This document shows positions 11,321 through 23,872 of a stretch of 64,000 bases of DNA, one piece after another; position 1 is the first letter of the stretch; each line of letters opens with the position of its first letter. The notes below the pieces were generated by a model. It was not told where the DNA came from, did no database searches, and saw only the letters and a program-made list of their open reading frames with translations. The stretch lies in assembly GCA_951406725.2 (NCBI GenBank), contig OX597828.1, positions 35,464,001-35,528,000 on the forward strand. The letters are read 5' to 3'. The position numbers and the translations under genes were made by a program. The DNA is from Octopus vulgaris (taxonomy: Eukaryota).

Positions 11321-11850
11321 CCACTACACTCTCGGAGTGGTTGGCGTTAGGAAGGGCATCCAGCTGTAGAAACACTGCCACATCTGACTGGCCTGGTGCA
11401 GCCTTCGGGCTTCCCAGACCCCAGTTGAACCGTCCAACCCATGCTAGCATGGAAAGCGGACGTTAAACGATGATGATGATGATGATGATATATACGGGTA
11501 TATATAAACTTAATTGCTTTAAATCATATATCGTCAGTGACTGAAATATTTTACTAAAAATTGCACAAATTCCTTGAGTCTGTCCCCAAATAAATCTTTA
11601 AAAAAGTATTAATTTCCTTTGCTCGATCTCCTTACTGGATTACACCATCCATTCTCTGAACAAAATGAGACTCAGGACTGCAACATGAATCTAAACAGTG
11701 AAAGAATATATGGAAAGAGTTGCCCCCTGAGACACAGTGTAAAGACAATATATGTGATCTTACCTCGTAGCAAGTCTAAAATAAACCCATCCCGTGTCGG
11801 TTCTGTGGGTTAAACTGGATTTCGTTCTTGCATATATATATATATATATA

Positions 11851-12401
11851 TGGGAGTCCAGGGTACAGGGAGATCCATGAAGACATGGGACGATTGGTGA
11901 AGCATGACCTTCGAACATTGGGCCTCACAGAGGCAATGACAAAAGACCGAGACCTCTGGAGATATGCTGCGACTGAGAAGACCCGGCAAATAAAGGGAGT
12001 TCACAGCTGTAACCTACACCATGTCGCATAACCAGCCCACTCAAAAGTACCTTGGATCATAGGGCGACATGCCATGCTTGAGGAGACCTATTGAGTCAAG
12101 TACATCCAAATCAAATGAAAATTGTAGTTGTGATCACCTTGCCAGTGGCACGTAAGAGACCATCCGAATGTGGCCAATGCCAGTGCCACCTTGACTGGCT
12201 TCCATGCTGCTGGCACATAAAAAGTACCAGCTGATTGTGCTCATTGCCGGCCTCATCTGGTGCCTGTGCCAGTGGCACGTAAAAAGCACCCACTACACTC
12301 TCAGAGTGGTTGGCATTAGGAAGGGCACCCAGCTGTAGAAACACTGCCAGATCCAACCCATGCCAGCATGGAAACCGGACGTTAAACGATGATGATGATG
12401 A
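11851..12401 (+). mobile_element. RTE LINE 3' fragment (older subfamily)
   Basis: Encodes VKHDLRTLGLTEAMTKDRDLWRYA..EKTRQ; 3' UTR with two of the ~63-bp units; GGACGTTAAACGATGATG tail. Confidence 0.85.
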
Positions 12402-12820
12402 CTCGTATATTGAATTCTGTTTATTTTTTCATCAATCAAACTTGTACATATATAGATGCGTGTATGCATACATACATACATACATACATACCTACATGCA
12501 TGCATATACATACATAAATATGTACATACATACACTCAAAGTTCAAATTTATACCTGTAATTATTGGATCAATACTAAATGAAACAAACTGCCTTAGTAC
12601 CAATCTTGAGAAATTACATTTCTCAAAACCAGAAAGGAGGAAACTATTTAGATTATTACAGGTATAACCCATTGATGGAACTGTCAAAATATGCAAAACT
12701 TTCCAAAAGTTTAGTATATAAGTACATATGCACATATCCAGGCACACAATTATTTGTATGAGTATACATACTTTAAACAAAATATACCAGTCTGCACATG
12801 CACTGACTCCAAATATTTGC

Positions 12821-12857
<37 letters not shown>

Positions 12858-13270
12858 TATATGTACAAATACTTTGTTCATGTTGAAATTCCAATGAAGG
12901 AGCCTTGGATCTTGGTTAGAAACCGGCTCTTTGTCCATTGGCAAGAAATTTAGAAATACAACTTAATAACATATACACATGCATATATACATATATTTAT
13001 ATATTTGTGTGTATATTTAAATGAAAATATGTTATTCGAAATCTCCAATATAGAGTTATATATATATTTTTTTTTTTTCGCAAAGACTGGTTTATTCTAT
13101 TCTGTTTACCTATTTACATTCCAAGTTCGACGTTATACTTGTAAACATTGGACAAACAGCAAAAGGAAAAGGCAAGCATTCTGACTAAACTGCTGCACTG
13201 TTGGCACCGCAACAAAAGAACAAAAAGAAAATGTAGATGTGTATGTATGCATGGGTTTGTGTGAAAATGC

Positions 13271-13315
<45 letters not shown>

Positions 13316-13409
13316 AATTCCAATTCCCCCTTCAGAATATTGTTTCCTCCAATTTTCTGTTTTCACACCTGATGTCTGAATATATAACCACTGGGACTTC
13401 TCTCTCTCT

Positions 13410-13445
<36 letters not shown>

Positions 13446-13935
13446 TCTACACACAATACATCTATTTTCATATTGGTTATACCACAGCAAGCAAAAACTT
13501 ATCGTAATGCTTGCTTTAACTTAATATGTTTTTATGTCTTACACCAACCATTAATTTCCTATCGTAAAAATCTACATAGTTTTGGGTTATTTATTTCTCC
13601 TTCTTTTTAGCTATTTTCATACTTTTTCTCTTATCTCCCCCTCCCCACCCAATACCTTTTTGTGGGTGGGTGGGGGCTGTTCATTTCATTTCTTGTTTTT
13701 TTTTTCTTTTTGTTAAAAGCGCAAACAATGTCTTTAAAAGTAATCAATTAAACACAGGACTATAAAATACAACAAGTGTAAAGTAACATTTTAAACAGAA
13801 ACCTTAAAAACTGAAGATGAATACAAGGCATCATTTTACACATGTGGGCTTGAAAATCTTCGTTTAAATTAGTGATGTATATATATTAAGGCCTGCTTTG
13901 TTGTTACACACATGGTTTGTCAGCATAAATATATA

Positions 13936-14146
13936 CAGGGTGTTCCAAAAGTCACTGATGGCTTTCAGTTTTTAATAACTTCTTTAACTTTACAAACAAA
14001 TACATGAAATTCTGATAAAATCTGAAAAGAGATGGAAAAGGTTAAATAATTGATTTCCATTATGTCTTTTATATTGTGTCAAAATTTCATGCATTTATTT
14101 CTAAAGTTAAAAATTGAAACCCATCAGTGACTTTTGGGACACCCAG
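13936..14146. mobile_element. Tc1/mariner-derived MITE
   Basis: TA|CAGGGTGTTCCAAAAGTCACTGATGG ... CCATCAGTGACTTTTGGGACACCC terminal inverted repeats, with further internal inverted similarity. Confidence 0.8.
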
Positions 14147-14423
14147 CTTCGCCTGGCCCCCGTGCTGGTGGCATGTAAAAAGCACCATCCGACTATGGCC
14201 GTTTGCCAGCCCCATCTGGCAACTGTGCCAGTGGCATGTAAAAAGCATCCACTACACTCACGGAGAGGTTGGCGTTAGGAAGGGCATCCAGCCATAGAAA
14301 CACTGCCAGATCAGACTGGGCCTCGTGCAGCCTTCTGGCTTCCCAGACCCCAGCTGAACCGTCCAACCCATGCTAGCATGGAAAGCGGACGCTAAAAAAC
14401 GATGATGATGATGATGATGATGA
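14147..14423 (+). mobile_element. RTE LINE 3' fragment
   Basis: Matches the RTE 3' UTR including CCATGCTAGCATGGAAAGCGGAC and the (GAT)n tail. Confidence 0.85.
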
Positions 14424-14427
14424 TATA

Positions 14428-14792
14428 TCTGCAGAAATATAGCTAAAATTTTCCCCATTTATAATTATACCACATGTAACATATTTATTATATCATACTT
14501 TGATACTGAGTGAACTAAGATCCCTGTTGACAAGCTGCTGGTATTTATGAAGTGTTAAACTCTTTTAGTATGCAAATTAGGGACTCGTTCATAGAGTATC
14601 TGCTGCTTTTGTTGAGTATATAAACAGTTTGGCTGCTTGTTTCTCTGAAGACTGTCAGAATGATGTGAACCCCTCTGATGAGAACTTGATAAGGTTCAAA
14701 AGTCAATTAAGTTTGTTATTATTATTTTTTTTCAGTCTGCAAAGAATTAGCTAAAATTTTCCCTGTTTATAATTGTACCATGTGTTACATAT
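14428..14792 (+). mobile_element. ~308-bp terminally redundant repeat unit (PLE pseudo-LTR or retrozyme-like), copy 1
   Basis: ~57-bp direct repeat at 14428 and 14736; ATGCAAAT 14570, TATATAAA 14617, CTGATGA-GAAC..GTTC-AAAA 14675; homologous to 60088-60423. Confidence 0.6.
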
Positions 14793-14956
14793 ATACACTT
14801 GCGTCGGAAATTAATTAGCACTTCTTAAATTTCTACATTTTCTTACATTTTCTTAATTTAATTAACTTATTATCAGAAACAAACTCGTTTTTAATCAAAA
14901 ATTTATTAAAACATATCCCAGCACACCACATAATTATTATTAATCGTGAAATTTAG

Positions 14957-15943
14957 TCAATATCTTGTTGCTCCTCCTTTGGCAGCAATGACAGCTGCTA
15001 CGCGGGTCGGCATGCTGTCTATGAGTGCCTGCAGGTACTGTGCAGGGATGGCCCTCCATGCAGCAAGAAGTGCCCCAAACAGCTCGTGTCGGTTCCTGTA
15101 TTGCTGCACATTCGAATCCCTACCCTATCGACTCCAGAGGTTCTCAATAGGGTTCAGGTCAGGTGACTGGCCAGGCCAGTCCATGAGCGTCACCCCATGG
15201 TCCTTGAAGAAACCGGTTGTGAGCTTGGCTGTGTGGGAAGGCGCGTTGTCCTGCTGGAGCATGTACTCCTCGCCACCAAAGAGGTATCCCGTACTATCCC
15301 AACGTACTTTGCTGCGTTGATGTTGCCTTCGACAGCATAGAGCCACCCAACACCACTGTAGCTGAACGCCCCTCACACCATCAGACCACCCCCACCATGC
15401 TTCATGGTGGGAGCAATGCAGTCTTTGTTGAAGCGCTCACCCCTGCGGCGTCGCACATGGACAGGCTTGTCACTGACGAGACTGAATCGCAACTCGTCAG
15501 TGAACATCACTGTCCGCCACTGCTGCATGGTCCATGTCTTGTGGGCACGGGCCCAGAGCAGCCGCCTCTTCCGGTTTTGGGCTGTAAGGAGCGGCTTACG
15601 GGCAGCCCTACAGGATTTTAGACCAGCTTCCAGTAATCTGGTCTTGACGGTGGTTGTAGATAACTGCTTTCCTGTCATCTTTTGCATCTCCTCCGCCAGT
15701 TGCCCTTCGGTTGTACAGTGACTTTCGGATCAGCATCCGGTCCTCCCGCTGGGTCGTCAGCCTCTTCCGTCCCCTACCCTTTTTGTCAGCTGCTGATCCG
15801 GTTTCCTCGTATTTCTTAAATAAGCACTGAATTGTGCGCCTGGCTACACCAAGTTTTCTGGCTATTGCAGCCTCCGGCAGCTTCCCACGCCACGAGAGAG
15901 CCTCGTACCATCTCTCCAACGTCATGTGAGGTCTTGGGCCCAT
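14957..15943 (-). pseudogene. Tc1 DD34E transposase with frameshifts and stops
   Basis: HTH and GRGRKR linker, KPLLT, VMFTDE, KHGGGGLMV*(W), QQDNAP-x-SPDLNPIENLW (34 residues between D and E), SMPTRVAAVIAAKGGATRY*; split across ORFs 15608-15943, 15373-15687 and 15125-15376. Confidence 0.92.
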
Positions 15944-16102
15944 CTAGGAATGAACGATAAAAACCAGTTATTTTCATTAAAACTATTCATTTGAATAATG
16001 TTATGCTATAACAAAACTGCTATGAGTTATTATTCATTAAACAAAAACGAAAGAAAGCAGAATTTCTCACCTTATTTGATGTATAACAGAAAGTTTTGTG
16101 AA

Positions 16103-16117
16103 CCGGAAGTGACGTCA
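16103..16117. promoter_or_regulatory. Composite ETS-CRE motif upstream of the Tc1 transposase
   Basis: Exact CCGGAAGTGACGTCA, ~30 bp upstream (on the minus strand) of a candidate splice donor AAG|GTGAG at 16070. Confidence 0.5.
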
Positions 16118-16534
16118 CCAAGCAGAGTGTAGGAGAATTTGTGAGGAAAAAAAATCTTGCAAATACACAAATCAATTAACCTACGAGCTGTTCAAAACGT
16201 CTTACGCGATGAGAAAACTTAGTATGGTGTGATTTCGGTCCTTGCGAGGTGCTACCTATTTCTATTAAACAAAGGAAGATTTGTCTGCATCCGCACTCCA
16301 AGTTGTTGTTGCACTGCTATGTCAACATCATTAGGCTGTAGACTCTCAAACCGCTCTGCAAACAAAGTTACGTCATCGTTCTGCGCAACAGTGAACTCGC
16401 AACAAAGCAATAGTTCGAGATATGGTAACTAGGTGACAGCAAATACCTTGAGTGAAGAGCAAATCAAGGGTGCTAATTAATTTCTGACGGTAGTGTATAT
16501 ATATATACATACATGCATATATATATATATATAT

Positions 16535-16575
<41 letters not shown>

Positions 16576-17365
16576 CATACATATATAGACAAACATATAT
16601 ATACACATATATATGCTCACATGATTATCTCTCTCGATATATATATATATCTTTATGCCTGTACATGACTTGTTTTTATTGTGTTACAAGAGCACAAAAA
16701 GGCTCCCCACATTCTTGTGTTGGAAGTGTGTTGGAAGTTTATATATTGTCACATGAATTAGCATTTCTCTCTCTCCCTCTCTCCTCACTTTCCCCTCTCT
16801 GTCTCTTTCCATCTATCTTTTACCTCCCCTCTTCCCCCTCTCTTTTCCTCCCACCCTCTCTCCCAGACACTTTCAATTGGCAGAAACACTGGAGCATTGG
16901 AACTAAATACTGCTTGCCTGTTTTTCTTTTGACATCCTTTGTACACTGAATTCTAACTCCACTGAGGTCAAAGTTTTGCCTTTCATCTTTTCAGGGTCAA
17001 AAGAAAAATGGCCAGTCCAGAACAGTGGATTAGTTGAACCGTTAGAGCATTAGGTGGGATACATTGCAGTATGCAATGTGGTCTTGAGAATTCTGAGTTC
17101 AAATCTTGCTCCATCTCTAGAAAACAGTGATCCATCTCTCAGGCTTTACAATCAACAGCTAGAGTATGCAGAGTAAAAAAATTAATTAATTAATTAATTA
17201 ATTAATTAAAAATGAAAACAAACATATGCCCCTTTAATTTGATCAAGGGGACTATGTTTATTTTTATTTTATATTTTGCATTTCAAAAGAATGAAAGACA
17301 GAGTTGACTTTGGAAACATTTGAACTTGGAATGCAAAGTTGGAAGAATTAACTCTAGTGGTGGGG

Positions 17366-17637
17366 GAGAAGGAGGAGGAGGAGAAGAAGAAGAAGAAGAA
17401 GAAGAAGATCAAACAGAAGACTATGGAGGAGGAGGAGGAGGAGGAGGAGAAGAAGAAGATCAAACAGAAGAATATGGAGGAGGAGGAGGAGGAGGAGGAG
17501 GTGGAGAAGAAGATCAAACAGAAGAATATGGAGGAGGAGGAGGAGGAGGAGGAGGTGGAGAAGAAGAAGAAGAAGAAGAAGAAGAAGAAGAAGAAGAAGA
17601 AGAAGAAAATCAAACAGAAGAATATGGAGGAGGAGGA
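17366..17637. repeat. Higher-order (GGA)n/(GAA)n repeat with 4 ATCAAACAGAAGA.TATGG spacers
   Basis: Direct reading. Confidence 0.9.
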
Positions 17638-18289
17638 CCTGAAAATATTCAGGCTGGGCACCAGTTGCACTGATCCCACCAATTTTCAGAAGGGCTTCAC
17701 TGCCCCTTGTTGCTGTTTCATCTCTTTCCCTGTCTTGAGTGCCCTCAGCAAAGCTCATTCTGTTACAATCAGATCCCACCACCACCACCATCATTAGCTG
17801 GCTCTCTTCCCCCTGTTGACCGTTCTTTATGGTGCAGACTTTGGATTGGAGATATTCAATCCTGGGTATCAGCGGCATCATTCTCATCCTTGCCTGAGGT
17901 CAGAGGTCATGATACGATGAAGGTCATGATGGTACAAAGATCAAGAAATGAAACCACATCATTTCTGAACAAGTAAACAAGTGAGACTTAATCAACAAGA
18001 AATAATATTTTACTGAAGAATTGGCTTTTTCCTGCGTTGATTAATTTCTGGGAATGTCATCATTGATTTCTTCTTATCATTATTTTAAAAGAATGTCAGA
18101 AAATCAAATTCCAATAATGAATTTGATTTCCATGTTTAATAGCAATTGGAAAAAAATGAAAGACACAGAAATCCTGTAATTACTTCGATATTTACAAGGA
18201 TTTGCTGCATGTTGTTACATTAGACACAGACTACTGTCTGTGTTCAATATTAATTTATTGATTAACGTGATGAGCTTCTGGAATCATTA

Positions 18290-18480
18290 GCATGAAGGGG
18301 AAAATGGTTAGCGGCATCTCATCCGTCTTCACGTTCTGGGTTCAAATTCTGCTGAGGTCACCTTTCCCTTTCATACTTTCAGGGTTGATAAAATAAGTAC
18401 CACTTGAACACTGGGGTTGATGTAATCAACTTTCCCCCTCCCTCAAAATTGCTGGCCTTGTGCCAAAATTTGAAACTATT
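18290..18480 (+). mobile_element. Nin-domain SINE (family B), degraded, with (TTA)n tail
   Basis: GGTTCAAATTCTGCTGAGGTC...CTTTCA...GGGTTGATAAAATAAGTACCA. Confidence 0.7.
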
Positions 18481-18493
18481 ATTATGAGTGTTA

Positions 18494-18545
<52 letters not shown>

Positions 18546-20035
18546 CATCATCATCATCATCATCATCATCATTTTCTTTCAATTTTGCTTCCACTTCTTG
18601 CCAAGTGTCTTCCTTTCTTTTTCTTAAGTTCTATGACTCCTAAGGCTGGTCAGCTGGCTTCCATGTGGCACATATAAGTGACCAAGATCACAACACTCAC
18701 CCAAAACAGGATGACAATCCATTGCCAGGTCCAGGACCAACAATTTTGAAGAGAAGAGATGAGTCGGTTATTTCAATCCCTATGTTTGATTGTTCCTTTA
18801 GGCAGGGATGAAAGGAAAACTTGACCTTGGCGGCATTTGATCTCAGAGCATAAAAGAGCTAGAAGAAATGCCACTAAACATTTTGCCCAATGAGTGAACC
18901 ATTCTGCTTTAGTCCTAGATATACTATGGCTTAAAAAAATGTGAGATGGTACATAACTGGAAGGTCTTTGATAAAGTGTCTTGGAACCAAACAATAAGAG
19001 TCTGCGACTCAAGATGGGAATCACTTGACTCAGTAAAATAACAGCCAGAAATCTTTCTCAAATTACTTTCTTTATTCTCTTATAAAAAGGAAAGATACAT
19101 TGGATGATGTATTCTTAAGATACACTATGCCTAGAGTAAAAAACATGGGATAGTGAAAGATGGAATGTCTTTTTGATAGATTTGTTCAATTAAAGTTGAC
19201 TTAACATCATCAGCAACAACAATGACAACATCAACCACAGTAAGCCAAAGATTGAGCATTTATTGGGTCAGTCAACTTCCATGAAATAGCAGCCAAATCT
19301 CCTTCAGTCTTATCATTTCGTGTCTTTAAAAAGAAAGGATGCGTTAAATAGTTATGCCATGTCAGAGAAAGGGGTGGAGAAGACAGGATACTCGTGAGTG
19401 AAATTCCTTTGGTCATATGTATGTTAAATTAGGGTTGACTCAGTGTTAAACAGCAATAACATGAAGAACAGCAGATAAAACTCCCACAGAGCTGAGTCAG
19501 CAATCTGGTTTCCATCTCCACTCAAATCCAATTCATTTTGCTTATATTAATAATACCCTCCACAAATACATGAATGTCATGTAATCTCTCTCCCACCCAG
19601 TCCGGCTTGTGTACATATTTGGCCTTCAGTTTCATCAAAAGGAAATCAATTTTTATCATGTAGAAGACAGCATATGAGTAAAAGCCGTGGAATGTCTCTC
19701 TCTTTACTGCAGATCTGATTCCGGTCTGTCTGTTTGTTTGCCCCTAAGTTTACAGCTCTCAAGATACAACAAAATCTGTTTCAACACAAGAGTTCATATC
19801 AAGAATATTGTAAACCAAATTCAAAACCAAAGCAATTTACAAATTAATGTCCATTATAGATTTTTTCTAACTAAAATATGTACAAGTTTCGAAATGGCAG
19901 CAAATCCTCTGCCTACACTTTCCCCATACGGAGCTCTATACCAAGACTTTCTCCATATTCTATACAAACTCTGTCTATATGGTAAATTCTTTAGAATAAG
20001 TTCTCTATAATGTTGATGTCCATATATATATATTG

Positions 20036-20250
20036 TCGTCATCGTTTAACGTCCGCTTTCCATGCTAGCATGGGTTGGACGATTTGACTGAGGACTGGCG
20101 AACCAGATGGCTGCACCAGGCTCCATCTTGATCTGGCAGAGTTTCTGCAGCTGGAAGCCCTTCCTAACGCCAACCACTCTGAGAGTGTAGTGGGTGCTTT
20201 TACGTTCCACCAGCACGAGAGCCAGTCAGGTGGTACTGGCAACGGCCATG
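20036..20250 (-). mobile_element. RTE LINE 3' fragment
   Basis: CATCGTTTAACGTCCGCTTTCCATGCTAGCATGGGTTGGACG is the reverse complement of the RTE terminus. Confidence 0.85.
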
Positions 20251-20604
20251 AAAAATCGTTTTTTTTTTTTTTTAATATTTTGTAAAAATCAATTTAGAAA
20301 ATAATCATGATTATGAGGAGGATTGGGGCTAAAAAACAATAACGGCTCAATATATATATATAAATATGTGTGTGGTGTATTTATGTCCCTGTACCTTAGC
20401 AGTTCAGCAAAAGAGACCAATAGAATAAGTACTAGGCTTACAAAGAACGGGTCTTTGGGTCGATTCGTTCGACTAAAGGTGGTGCTCCAGCATGGCCACA
20501 CTCAAAGAATATGTATATAAACTTTTTCTTTTATCATTTATCTTTTATTTGTTTTGGTCATCAGACTGTGTCCATGCTGGGGCACTGCCCTGAAAGTTCG
20601 AGTC

Positions 20605-20958
20605 CAGGGATTCTCAACCAGTTTTTTTTTTTATCAATGGACCCCTTTGATTACTATTTTGTTCTGGTCAACCCCCATAGCCATTCAATGTTTAAAAACT
20701 AGTTTTATTGATAATTCTTTCAAAATTCCTATTTTGTTTTTTTACACATTAACTTATGTTGGTAAAATGTTCAAGAAAGAAACCCGCCTGTTCCTTACAA
20801 TGCAGGCCAATACATACATCTAAAACAAAATCTTTTCAGGGGACCTTAAAATACTATTGTGGATCCCCAGTTTACTATACTGTAGTGTAGACCCCACAAG
20901 AAAAAATTTTATATGACCCCTCAGGGGACATATAATAATACCCTGTTGTGAACCACTC
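20605..20958. mobile_element. hAT-like non-autonomous element nested in a minus-strand SINE A (~20530-21260)
   Basis: CAGGGATTCTCAAC ... GTTGTGAACCACT termini resemble hAT TIRs; SINE sequence resumes on both sides. Confidence 0.5.
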
Positions 20959-21570
20959 AAACCACTCAAACAAATCAACTTCTAATTTATTTTTAAATCC
21001 TGGTACATATTTAATTAATCTCTTTTTGCTGAGGCGTAATTTCAGAGGTGTAAACAAACCAACACTGGTTGTCAACTGGTGGTGAGAGACAAATACACAA
21101 GGGGTTTCTTTCAGTTTCCATCACCCAAATCAACACATAAGTTTCAGTTAGCCTGGAGCTGTAGCAGAAGACACTTGCCTAAGGTGCCATGCAGTGGGAC
21201 TGAACCTGGAACCATGTGGTTGAGAAGCAAGCTTCTTACCACACAACCACATCTTCCACAATAGCATTCTCCATATTCTTAATTCCATACCAACATTTTG
21301 AAAATGCAGTGAAGCTTCAGTTATCCCAACAGTAATTATCTGAATTCTGGATTATCCAAACAAATCTCACAGTCTGATAATTATGCTCACTATTGCTGCC
21401 TTTGTTAATGATTAAATCAGTTATCCAAGCAAAATATTTCTAACCTATCTTATCAGATAATCTAAATCTAACTATACTAAACCAATAGAAACTATCTCAT
21501 GAGCACGATGAAAATTTTAAAAACCTTTTTCTATGTAGACACAAGCATGGCTGTGTAGTAAGAAGTTTGC

Positions 21571-21608
<38 letters not shown>

Positions 21609-21629
21609 CATACACACACACATGCATAT

Positions 21630-22017
21630 ATTCTCTCTTTTACTTGTTTCAGTCATTTGACTGCAGCCATGCTGGAGCACTGCCTTTAGTCTAGCAAATT
21701 GACCCCAGGACATTTTCTTTGTAAGCCTAGTACTTATGCTATCAGCCTCTTTTTACAGGGATGTAAACACACAAGCATGGGTTGTCAAGTGATGTTGGGG
21801 CAACAAACACAGACACGCAAACATATATACACACACATGCATATACATATATATGACGGGCTTTTTTCAGCTTCTGTCTACCAAATCCACTCACAAGGCT
21901 TTGGTCGGCTTGAGGCTATAGTAGAAGACACTTGCCCAAGGTGCTACACAGTGGGAATAAACCGGGAACCATGTGGTTGGTAGGCAAGCTACTTACCACA
22001 CAGCCACTCCTGCACCT
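21630..22017 (-). mobile_element. SINE family A, full length
   Basis: Head AGGTGCAGGAGTGGCTGTGTGGTAAG through tail GAAACAAGTAAAAGAG. Confidence 0.85.
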
Positions 22018-23473
22018 ATATATATAATAAAATAAGGATTCAGATAGAATTAGGTACTTGAAAAGAGATGCACCAGGTAAGTCTGGAAAAACCTGTGGTT
22101 CTGGCCTATGGTTGGCAAGTACCAAATAGAATATTCCAGTTGTGTATACAGAGAAAACCAACCCTATGAATAATTAGCACCTAGGGGCTGGTTCAACTCG
22201 TCCACACTTTAAAAAAAATCTATTTGTTCAACTAAAACCTTGAGGTTCAACTAAAACCTTGTTCAACTAAAACCCAGCATGGCTGTAGTCCAATAAGTGA
22301 AATAAGTAAAAGAAAGATATATTTCTACTGCTTTCAGTTTTTGTACGGTGACCATACTGGAGCAATGCTTCTAAAGGTATTAAAAGTATAATCAATTAAT
22401 CATAATTATATATACTCAGTATTTGGCTGGTATTTATTTTCTAAACAAGCCAAATGTTAATTTTTTAAAACTCTTCTAATGTTCTACCATTTTCAATTAT
22501 TCTACCAAGACCATACTGGAGCAATGCCTTTAAAGGTACACTCAATTATATATGCCTACTATTTGACACATTCTTGTTTTCTAGACACCAGAAGAATGAC
22601 CGGCGAAGTCAACTAGGGCAGGGATTTGAAACTAGAATATAACTAAATACCACCAGAAAATTTTGTTCACTGCTTGACTGATTTTCTTATCTCTCACCAT
22701 CCATGAATATATCTGTCAGCAGTGAGATTTGAACCTATAACCACATGTTGACAAGAATGCTTGATGCTATAGTTAAGATATATGAAGAAGATAGACTCTG
22801 AGTCTGGTACCCAAAACCATTCAGCTAGCGCCTAATAATGATTTTATTTTACTTCATTTTTGTATTATTTTATTTTTTATTAGTTTTTTGGTGGATGGGG
22901 GTGGGTGGAATATAGTTGCCAGAGTATTAATTTTTGATTCTAATTCTTTGATTCTAAAAGTCTAGAAGCTAACTCATAGATTCCTCAGATCAATTTATTT
23001 ATTTATTTTTAGGCCCCTGCTAAAATACTTTGCACTGCCACCAAAAAATAAAAGACATTCCTGAGCTGTTCTCTGTTGAATGTTGAATATTTAATGCTGA
23101 TATCTGTTATATTTATCTCTCCGGCTTCCCTTTTCTATATCATAACAGTGACATACTTACCATTTAATAATTTATGAAATAATAACGATCTTCCAAAATT
23201 ATTTTTCATTTGTCCTGTTGAATTATTAATGAGAAAAGGATGAAGAAAAGAGACAAAATATAAACAAATGAAAGCCAGCATTAATTCCACTCCATATATT
23301 AATATCGGAATGTAACCAGACTAAATTTCACAGAGACTACACTAAAGAAACATTTTGCTTTAAAATTCTTCAGATCAGAAAGGATGGAATAGGATAAAAG
23401 TGATACATAATACACCTTTATAAATTCTGAATTTTGGTTTTATATTTTATTTCAGTTTTCTAGCAACAGTATA

Positions 23474-23872
23474 TCATCATCATCATCATTGTTTAACATC
23501 TGTTTTCCATGCTGGCATGGGTTGGATGGTTCGACTGGGGTCTGGGAAGCCAGGAGGCTGCACCAGGCCCCAATCTGATCTGGCAGTGTTTCTACAGCTG
23601 GATGCCCTTCCTAACACCAACCACTCCAAGTGTGTAGTGGGTGCTTTTTATGTGCCACCGGCACAAGGGGCCAGAGTCACTGGCATTGACCATAATCGGA
23701 TGGTGCTTTTTATGTGCTACTGGTACGGGGCTCACAACAACAATTTCCATTCGATTTGATTTTGATATTGCTGATGTTGATGTTGATGTACTTGATTCAA
23801 TAGGTCTCCTCAAGCATGGCATGTTGCCCTGCGATCCAAAATACCTTTGAGTGAGCTGCTTATGCGACACTA
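23474..23872 (-). mobile_element. RTE LINE 3' fragment
   Basis: Reverse complement of RTE 3' UTR and (GAT)n tail. Confidence 0.8.

Larger units (their letters stand above)
9151..11490 (+). mobile_element. RTE-clade LINE, 5'-truncated, young, inserted in (TA)n
   Basis: RT motifs (NYRGIKLL, QFGF, AFVDMEKAFDRV, GVHQGSVLSPLLF, YADD), RTE C-terminus (FRYLG, GSETW, RRLRWYGHV.RM, RGRGRPRKTW), 3' UTR with CCATGCTAGCATGG hairpin and (GAT)n tail. Confidence 0.95.
14796..16495 (-). mobile_element. Full-length Tc1-family DNA transposon (1700 bp), inactive
   Basis: TA target duplications; ~26-bp TIRs CACTTGCGTCGGAAATTAATTAGCAC / GTGCTAATTAATTTCTGACGGTAGTG; internal transposase. Confidence 0.93.

Noticed and set aside
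15373-15375. In-frame TGA in the Tc1 transposase as selenocysteine or readthrough
   Set aside because: It replaces the conserved Trp (TGG to TGA) in an element that also has frameshifts, so ordinary decay
17320-17797. Glu/Gly- or Glu/Lys-rich protein
   Set aside because: Composition derives entirely from GGA/GAA repeats; non-ATG starts and no exon boundaries on the plus strand
22221-22560. Short tandem GTTCAACTAAAACC x3 and duplicated GACCATACTGGAGCAATGC
   Set aside because: Local duplications of SINE tail fragments with no further structure
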